Shown here: piece by piece, positions 57,467-64,000 of the stretch | How the letters are laid out: each line of letters starts with the position of its first letter | Numbering within the stretch: position 1 is the stretch's first letter | IMG/VR virus record: IMGVR_UViG_3300006851_000007 | Coordinates: 1 to 64,000 of that record | DNA length: 64,000 bases | Reading direction: 5' to 3' (one strand) | From: a virus | Lineage: Duplodnaviria > Caudoviricetes | Translations under genes and position numbers: made by a program | The notes under the pieces: generated by a model | Told to the model about the DNA's origin: nothing | Databases searched by the model: none | The model's input: only the letters and a program-made list of their open reading frames with translations

Positions 57467-57586
57467 TCACCATGAAAGGTCAGCTACAACCTTTATGGGC
57501 GGTCGGGTTAAACAAGAATTGGGGGCCGAATCATGATTGCTGACTATTATCATAAATATAATACCCATCCGATAAAGTGGGTAATA

Positions 57587-58084
57587 ATGAAGTATTCTCA
57601 CGGCCCCCTGTCTAAGGATACCTCTACATCAGAGATAGATTGGGTAAGCGATGATGATCAGATATTGTGTTGCCAGGCAATAGAAGAAATTACAGGAATA
57701 AGTATTCCCGATAATGACATAGAGCGTTTTTTTTACGGAGATATCACTATCGGTGAGATTATCAGCATGTGTGATGAGCTGGAAAAGCTTGGTGCTATAA
57801 CGACACCAGAGCAGAGGGCCAGGCAGAGGCAGTACTACATGGCCAATAAAGCGAAGATAGCAAGAAGAGCTCGTCGCAGAAGGCAGCAGCAAAAAAGCGG
57901 TATGAAGATTAAGAAGAGGAGGGTTGGTAGTGCGGCTACGGGATACACATTTATATACGATTCTTCTGGATCTAGAAAAGGATCTGGGGTATCGAGGGCG
58001 AGTAAGGTAAGAGCCACTAGAGGTGAGTATGAACCGACCCCAACAGGTAGTGTACATAGGAATGTTACATTAAAAGGGCACTGA
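57587..58084 (+). CDS. acidic-leader / highly basic putative DNA-condensing virion protein
   Basis: acidic N-terminus to LEKLG, then Arg/Lys-rich region. Confidence 0.6.
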   Translation: MKYSHGPLSKDTSTSEIDWVSDDDQILCCQAIEEITGISIPDNDIERFFYGDITIGEIISMCDELEKLGAITTPEQRARQRQYYMANKAKIARRARRRRQQQKSGMKIKKRRVGSAATGYTFIYDSSGSRKGSGVSRASKVRATRGEYEPTPTGSVHRNVTLKGH

Positions 58085-58085
58085 A

Positions 58086-58421
58086 ATGTCAAAAAAAAGA
58101 TCAAATGAAAATTTTGAAGTTACACCACATGACGCCATGTTGGAGCTGTTTAACAGAACTGGAGCCCTTAAAGGAAAAATGACAGATAGGGGGGCTAAAT
58201 TTATACACTATTTGTTTGTTGAGTCTGGCGTTAAATTGAGGGATGGTGCGGTGAATATGATCAGGGAGGGTAAGGATGTGCGCTCTTATATGTCTCCTGA
58301 GGGCAGGAGGTCTTTAGATATTAAACGAAAAAAAATGAAAATGTATAATAACGATGGATTAAAAGCAATCGCCAGGCGAAATGAAATATATTCACGCCTA
58401 ATCCCCAGGGTGTTTAAATGA
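58086..58421 (+). CDS. basic hypothetical protein
   Basis: 111 aa. Confidence 0.6.
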   Translation: MSKKRSNENFEVTPHDAMLELFNRTGALKGKMTDRGAKFIHYLFVESGVKLRDGAVNMIREGKDVRSYMSPEGRRSLDIKRKKMKMYNNDGLKAIARRNEIYSRLIPRVFK

Positions 58422-58786
58422 ATAGTACATTAAAGTTTGCGTCTCTAAACCCATTTAAAGGAAGAGGGAAGAGGGGGGGGTTTCTAACGGCTACGAAAAA
58501 AGATGTAGCCAGGACGTTGGGTGCTGCATACCGACATAAGGGGAGGGTCGGGATGGGCATTGTGGGTGCGGGTACAGCCGCGATGGCTGCCAATAAGTAT
58601 AACAACTACGCAGGAGTTGATAACCCAGAGGAGAGGAAGAGGAATATTGGTAGGGGGGTTTTGGCTGGCACCGCAATAGGTGCGATAGCCGGACCGAAGG
58701 CGCCAGGTAGGGTAATCAGAGGTGCAGTCAAGGCTAACCGTGGTCTCAGGAATATTGGACGCAGAATCGGAGGCGCTCTGGGGTAA
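58418..58786 (+). CDS. basic glycine-zipper putative virion protein (KFAS motif)
   Basis: MNSTLKFASL; GVLAGTAIGAIAG. Confidence 0.65.
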   Translation: MNSTLKFASLNPFKGRGKRGGFLTATKKDVARTLGAAYRHKGRVGMGIVGAGTAAMAANKYNNYAGVDNPEERKRNIGRGVLAGTAIGAIAGPKAPGRVIRGAVKANRGLRNIGRRIGGALG

Positions 58787-58810
58787 GCCACATGACTGCT
58801 GCGCATACCA

Positions 58811-60382
58811 ATGAGTTACACGAATAGTGTTGAGGTTAAGATGAAAACCACGATGTCAAACTGGATAGCCAATGCTGTTATGGTGAATAGCCAGAATAGG
58901 TTTTCATTCAATGGTAGAATGTGGATGCCCGCCCTGTTTGACACCAAGGCAACAAGAAGGGTTTGGAAAATGTCTCGCCAGGTGGGTAAGAGTACGGGCG
59001 GGGCCGCGGAAGGCACAGCTAGATCTTGCATGATAGATAACTTTAATATCCTATACGTTGCTCCAGAACAAGATCAGGCAAGGAAATTCTCTCAGGATAA
59101 ATTAAAGCCGATGATAGAGCAGTCTCCTATCATTCGCAGCCAGCTGGGCAGGTACAATAACGTTCACGAAAAAGAGTTCAGAAGGGGGGGGAAGTATTAT
59201 CTTAAATACGCCAAGCATAACCCAGACTCATGTCGTGGTATAACCGCAGATATGATCCACTTCGATGAGGTTCAGGACCAAAATCTTGAAGATACTGAGT
59301 CTGTGATCGAAGAGTCTCTCTTCACCTCAAAATACAAACTTAGGCTATATAGCGGCACACCTAAGTCATTTGCCAACCCTATCCATAAGAAGTGGGAAGA
59401 TTCAGACCAGAGGGAGTGGTTGGTCAAGTGTGTGGGGTGCAACAAGTACAACAGGCTTGGCATAAAAAATATCGGCAAGAGGGGGCCGTGTTGTAGTGGG
59501 TGTGGTAAGGATCTTGATGTCGACCATGGGGTGTGGGTTAGACATAACCTGTCGTCGTCCATAGCTGGATTCCACGTGAATCAGCTTCACTGTAAGATAT
59601 CTCATGACACACAGGAGTCGTGGGATGAAATATTGTATAAGCTGGAAAACTACGACTACGGGAAGTTCCTTAATGAGGTTCTGGGAGAGTCTGCCGATAC
59701 TGCGGAGTCTCCAATCACAGAAGAGATGCTTATGGCTATCTCCGACAAGAACCTGACCAATGCAGTACCTCCGCCTCCAGAATATATGAACAGCCCTAAT
59801 TTTGCAGGGATAGATTGGGGGCACATGGGTGCAAGCACGGTCCTGGTTATTGGCAACATGGGGCCTGATGGAACTTTCAGGAATGTATTTATGAAAAAAT
59901 ACTCCGACAGTCAGTGTGATCCTGACTATTGTATACCTGATATGGCTAGGATCATGAAGAGGTTGCAGGTAATGCGGATTCACTGCGATTATGGCGGGGG
60001 TTTCGGGCTTAACAGCAGGCTTGCTAAATATTTTGACAAAGGTCTCGTGACATCCAATGTGTGGTCAGCTTCTGCGATTGCTGCAGACCAGAGATGGACG
60101 ACAAAGAATGTCGAAGTGCCAAGATTAACCCTGAACCGCACAAGGGCTATAAGCGACTATATTAACCAGATAAGGACTGGAAAGATCTCGGTGCCTAGCT
60201 GGAAAAAATTCCACCCCGAGTTCAGCTCTGACTTTTTGAATATTAGAGCTGAGCTCAGGGGTGATGATTCTGTACACTTCGTGAGGGTTGGGAGCGATGA
60301 CGCCCTTCATGCTGCCATTTATGCTTATGTAATTTGCAAAATTTACTTCGCCTCATCAGGGGCTGGCTACTCCCTGTTTTGA
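58811..60382 (+). CDS. terL: terminase large subunit (GpA-like)
   Basis: SRQVGKS Walker A, HFDEVQD Walker B, SGTPK, CxxC pair, GIDWG and DDALHA nuclease motifs. Confidence 0.9.
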   Translation: MSYTNSVEVKMKTTMSNWIANAVMVNSQNRFSFNGRMWMPALFDTKATRRVWKMSRQVGKSTGGAAEGTARSCMIDNFNILYVAPEQDQARKFSQDKLKPMIEQSPIIRSQLGRYNNVHEKEFRRGGKYYLKYAKHNPDSCRGITADMIHFDEVQDQNLEDTESVIEESLFTSKYKLRLYSGTPKSFANPIHKKWEDSDQREWLVKCVGCNKYNRLGIKNIGKRGPCCSGCGKDLDVDHGVWVRHNLSSSIAGFHVNQLHCKISHDTQESWDEILYKLENYDYGKFLNEVLGESADTAESPITEEMLMAISDKNLTNAVPPPPEYMNSPNFAGIDWGHMGASTVLVIGNMGPDGTFRNVFMKKYSDSQCDPDYCIPDMARIMKRLQVMRIHCDYGGGFGLNSRLAKYFDKGLVTSNVWSASAIAADQRWTTKNVEVPRLTLNRTRAISDYINQIRTGKISVPSWKKFHPEFSSDFLNIRAELRGDDSVHFVRVGSDDALHAAIYAYVICKIYFASSGAGYSLF

Positions 60383-60738
60383 AATTCTGCTATTTTCCCT
60401 TGTATTTCAACTAATATATCTCTCATTTCGCTAAACGGGGGATCCTCATACTCACCTTCTCGAAGCTTGTTGAGTAAAACATCCACCCTGTTCGCGATAT
60501 AGTCAAGCATCTGCTCCACGCTTGATATTTTACCCTTGAACACATCCTGCTGCTCTTCTAGAGACTTAACTCTGGCTGTAAGCTTTTCGTTATCCTCCCT
60601 AAGTTCTTTTCTTAAGACTTCGGCAGCCCCAAATACAGTACTATTGGATTTTTCTTTGAATGCCAGAAGTGAAGTAATGATAGTTCCCAGCAAACTGAGC
60701 GCCGCCATAGCAATGGCTATTAATGTTTCTCCCTCCAT
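60367..60738 (-). CDS. N-terminal TM + coiled-coil protein (holin/spanin-like)
   Basis: TLIAIAMAALSLLGTIITSLLAF then heptads; AGGAG RBS. Confidence 0.55.
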   Translation of the reverse strand: MEGETLIAIAMAALSLLGTIITSLLAFKEKSNSTVFGAAEVLRKELREDNEKLTARVKSLEEQQDVFKGKISSVEQMLDYIANRVDVLLNKLREGEYEDPPFSEMRDILVEIQGKIAEFQNRE

Positions 60739-60739
60739 G

Positions 60740-60919
60740 TCAATCTCCTACCTCTATATAATCATCCAGTCCATCACTTGAATCCGTATTTGTGGGCGGG
60801 GTGCCATGATTTAAAAAATCATCAAACTCTGTATCGTTGATATCAACATCCAGGAGGTCGTCAAGAGTCTTCTTCACTCCTCCGGGAAGACCTATTCCGC
60901 TAAGATAATCATTGTTCAT
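60740..60919 (-). CDS. small acidic protein
   Basis: GAGGA RBS; overlaps the upstream gene. Confidence 0.5.
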   Translation of the reverse strand: MNNDYLSGIGLPGGVKKTLDDLLDVDINDTEFDDFLNHGTPPTNTDSSDGLDDYIEVGD

Positions 60920-61646
60920 TGGGGTCCTCATTCGGGTCATAATCTATCTGATCATAGTCAATAGAGGTCATCTCGGGATAAAATATCTCCTGGCGGAAGG
61001 CCTCAGGGAGATCTACTACGCCATCCCTGTTGGCATCCATTAACGTTTTGTATGCATCCAGAGCTAATCTGTGGTACTGTATTTTCTTACCATCCCCCCT
61101 CCAGCCATACTCACCGAGCTCAGCTGCCCTAAAAATAGAATCCAACAACATAAATTTTATAGCATCGTTGGGATCTATTTCGGCGTCTCCACCCTCCTTA
61201 TAGAGAGTGTATGACTCCCTCCACCTACCCGGAACAGGGGGAGCATTCTCGGGTATTGGGGAGAATGTGGGTCTATCTTCATAATATTTGGCTATGTCCA
61301 CATTGGATATGCTGTCTACATCAAAAAACAGCTTTCTGTAAACATTTATATCTTTGATTGTAATCGGCATCTTGAATCGATAATATATGACATCTCTTAT
61401 CTTTTTATTGTCACACCTTTCTGCCATTAATTTTTCCAATACCCTCCTTATAGGATAAGTCTCCCTCATTTTGACAGCGGTGGAAAAATGTTCGGAGCTA
61501 TCATCTACTGAGATATCTATCCCCTCTTCTTCGATGTACCTCTGAAGCTGGAGAAGCTCTTCTGTGTGTTGAGATTCGTCGCCAAACAATAATCTCCAGC
61601 GCCAATCTGGTATTGGGGGAATTCTTTCCTTTGGAATATTAGACAT
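60909..61646 (-). CDS. hypothetical protein
   Basis: 245 aa ORF coupled to upstream gene. Confidence 0.7.
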   Translation of the reverse strand: MSNIPKERIPPIPDWRWRLLFGDESQHTEELLQLQRYIEEEGIDISVDDSSEHFSTAVKMRETYPIRRVLEKLMAERCDNKKIRDVIYYRFKMPITIKDINVYRKLFFDVDSISNVDIAKYYEDRPTFSPIPENAPPVPGRWRESYTLYKEGGDAEIDPNDAIKFMLLDSIFRAAELGEYGWRGDGKKIQYHRLALDAYKTLMDANRDGVVDLPEAFRQEIFYPEMTSIDYDQIDYDPNEDPNEQ

Positions 61647-63624
61647 TTCTTTCCTGGAGTTCTATTTTTAATGCTTGTAGACTTCTTCTGACCTCCCCCA
61701 GCCCTGACAACGCCTTCTCTGCACCCTTTTCGTGTACTGAGGGCTCTCCCTGTCTGGATGCTAGCAATAGCTTGGCGATCTTGTCCTCCACATCGATAAA
61801 CAACCCCTCAGATTCAACAATCTCGGAAAGTGTGTCATCATTGATGAACTGCAAACTAAGTATGGCGTCGAGAGTTTTTTGATCTCCGGATGGATTCTTG
61901 GTCCCGGCCATCTCCTCTACCCCGTCAATAACTTTGTCGGCAGCTGTCTTGAGCCTTCCTAAATGAAAGTTGCTGACCCTAACCTTCCTTTTTGTAGATG
62001 CTGTCTTAATCGACACAGGTCTGACAAGCCCCCACATCTCCATCTCCGAACCGTTGTCCAGCTTGCAAGCCTTCTCGATATCATCGTCATTAACCCTATA
62101 ATGAGCAAGTTTTAGGCGCATATCTTCTTCGCTCATCATTTGATAGTCTACCGGACCATTAAGTGTCTCCCCGTGAAGAAAAAACATATTAGCATTCTTC
62201 CTCAGTACTGCTTTATGGCGCTCGTTTGAAGCAATCTTTGTAAAAGTGTGGGGTTTAGCTTTATCTACAAGGATTATCGGGGATGAGGTTTCAATAAAGC
62301 TCATATGGGATGGAATATAGTAAGACTCCTTCGGCATTATCGCCGAGTCGTACCGATTCACATTTATTCTCTGAGGTCTAGATATACCATCGACTATCAT
62401 TACCCCAATAGGACCTCCGGTGTCTGTTCTTACACCAATGATAAGGTCTGGCTCCCCGGGTATGCCAATAATCTGCTTGATTATAACGTCAGGAGTGCAT
62501 GAGGGGGAATAGCTTTCGTCGACAAAGCACCCCTTGACTCCAATATTTACACAACCTATGGGGAAATTGTCATGATTCAGACTTACCCTTACCCCAGAAA
62601 AAGCAATACCTTCTGCTGACTCTCCAGAGTCGAGAACGGCCTTTTGCCTCTTGATGCGAGATCCATCAAAATCAATCATCTGAGAAAAGACGTACCCGTG
62701 GCAGACGTCGCCATTTGGAGTCATAAGCCTGTATCTGCCGCTATGCTGCACAGGAGAAGGGATATTATTAACCAGGGGTTGCTCTACAGACCTAAGGGTT
62801 GGAAAATCACGTATAATACACCACCCCCTCTGCATTACTTTTCGCATACACTTTTTGAAATCTGGACCCAGGCCGCCCTGAAGATCCGAGATCGAAACAA
62901 CCCTGGTATCCCCATTACCAAATGCGACTGCAAAACTGCCGTCAGACCTCCGCATTATATGGGCCAGATTACTGTCTTTCTCCCTCTCGACCATCCCGGT
63001 GCTGAGGTGTTGTAGCGAGTCATTTAGCCCGACAACTTCAGCGATGGAGTTTATTCCTGGGTATGATACAAGCAGTGATCTGAGTGCGCTAATATCGTTA
63101 TCGCTTCTGATAACTCTGGACAGAAGGCCAGATCCGGCAGTGTTGATCATTCCCCCTCCAGTTCCTGCGGTGGGGTATCCGGAATATTCAAGAGGTGTAA
63201 CGTCCCCAGTCCTGTCTCCTATATATCTATTCTGTGGAGGCAGGCTGCCATAGTCATTCTTCGAGTGGGGTTTAATATTTGAGTCTGAATCAAGAGACCT
63301 CTTAATCGAGTACTCATTAAGGTGCATAAACCTTTCGCCGTCGAATAATATATCAAGCTTGTCTAACTCTAGGTGTTTTGTTTTTGGGTTCTCTCTGATT
63401 GAGAAAGGAATAGCCACCTTATTTTCGACAATTATTTTACCTACAGTCTCGTCAGACTCTGGCTCGACCTTGCTAAATGTTATTTTGGTGCTCGCTGTGT
63501 CAATGTATGGATGCTCTGTAACTAAAGTTTTTAGAACCTCAGAGGCCCACATCTTGGGGTCTTTGGGCAGCCTGATACCAGCGGATTTGATCATATCTTT
63601 GTATTTCTTTCTGTATAGCTTCAT
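61639..63624 (-). CDS. large putative virion structural protein with KxA motifs
   Basis: 661 aa; MIKSAG, FTKIAS, SIKTAS, RLKTAA; GGAG RBS. Confidence 0.7.
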   Translation of the reverse strand: MKLYRKKYKDMIKSAGIRLPKDPKMWASEVLKTLVTEHPYIDTASTKITFSKVEPESDETVGKIIVENKVAIPFSIRENPKTKHLELDKLDILFDGERFMHLNEYSIKRSLDSDSNIKPHSKNDYGSLPPQNRYIGDRTGDVTPLEYSGYPTAGTGGGMINTAGSGLLSRVIRSDNDISALRSLLVSYPGINSIAEVVGLNDSLQHLSTGMVEREKDSNLAHIMRRSDGSFAVAFGNGDTRVVSISDLQGGLGPDFKKCMRKVMQRGWCIIRDFPTLRSVEQPLVNNIPSPVQHSGRYRLMTPNGDVCHGYVFSQMIDFDGSRIKRQKAVLDSGESAEGIAFSGVRVSLNHDNFPIGCVNIGVKGCFVDESYSPSCTPDVIIKQIIGIPGEPDLIIGVRTDTGGPIGVMIVDGISRPQRINVNRYDSAIMPKESYYIPSHMSFIETSSPIILVDKAKPHTFTKIASNERHKAVLRKNANMFFLHGETLNGPVDYQMMSEEDMRLKLAHYRVNDDDIEKACKLDNGSEMEMWGLVRPVSIKTASTKRKVRVSNFHLGRLKTAADKVIDGVEEMAGTKNPSGDQKTLDAILSLQFINDDTLSEIVESEGLFIDVEDKIAKLLLASRQGEPSVHEKGAEKALSGLGEVRRSLQALKIELQERNV

Positions 63625-63686
63625 TCACTTCTCCATATGGTGTCAAGAATATTCTAATATAAGTGAAAATATAACCCAATTATCGC

Positions 63687-64000
63687 TTATATGCCCTTGA
63701 ATGCTGATAATTGAGGATCAATTATGGTTTTAACTGGAGCATTTAGTAGTGGGTATGTGCCCAACGGTGTAACCGTAGTGCATAACGCAAGGCTGTCTAC
63801 GACAGCCCCTACGATGTCGGCTATATCCACCCCGCGGCCTTTGATCGACACACCCCCAAAAGTGGACTCTATCTCCACCTTACCTTCGGCCTTCATTTCT
63901 ATCTTACCAGAGCTAGATATAGACAGATTGCTACCGTCCACATCTACATCTCCACCGCTTACACTCAATTCGTCGAACTCGAGAGAGGATGATCCAGTAT
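63687..64000 (-). CDS. baseplate spike/Gp5-like protein, C-terminal part (5' end outside window)
   Basis: frame open to window end; beta-helix-like repeats SISSSGKIEMKAEGKVEIES. Confidence 0.55.
   Translation of the reverse strand, partial: TGSSSLEFDELSVSGGDVDVDGSNLSISSSGKIEMKAEGKVEIESTFGGVSIKGRGVDIADIVGAVVDSLALCTTVTPLGTYPLLNAPVKTIIDPQLSAFKGI

Noticed and set aside
33278-60382. Inteins or introns in dnaE, nrdJ, rpoBC or terL
   Set aside because: Reading frames are continuous, of normal or short length, with no intein block motifs or homing endonuclease inserts noticed.

Overview
A 64 kb segment of a large tailed dsDNA bacteriophage (jumbo-phage-like), standard genetic code, with no tRNA, rRNA or CRISPR array seen. 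From left to right: (1) 0.3-12 kb, a mosaic of early/accessory genes including a HAD phosphatase, a lipoprotein and a DRB0094-type RNA ligase. (2) 12.1-13 kb, an iteron-containing AT-rich replication-origin candidate next to a Toprim-D5/SF3 primase-helicase. (3) A glycine-rich/LamG-like protein preceded by a structured RNA candidate. (4) 18.4-24 kb, a tandem array of about 30 highly divergent microprotein ORFs, mostly 48-62 aa and mostly below the ORF-track cutoff. Nearly all end in [I/L/V]-E-hydrophobic-STOP, and the array is followed by a MoxR AAA+ ATPase and a metallopeptidase-vWA (MIDAS) pair under the same promoter motif. This is the best candidate for an undescribed system. (5) A replication and nucleotide-metabolism block: DnaE, two DEDDh exonucleases, SSB, HU, ThyA, DHFR, dNMP kinase and class II RNR, plus an alpha-CTD-containing protein. 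(6) A morphogenesis block with portal, a single-chain beta-beta' RNA polymerase, terminase large subunit and many probable virion proteins sharing a recurrent hydrophobic-x-K-x-A motif. All functional calls come from motif recognition by eye; no database searches were run.
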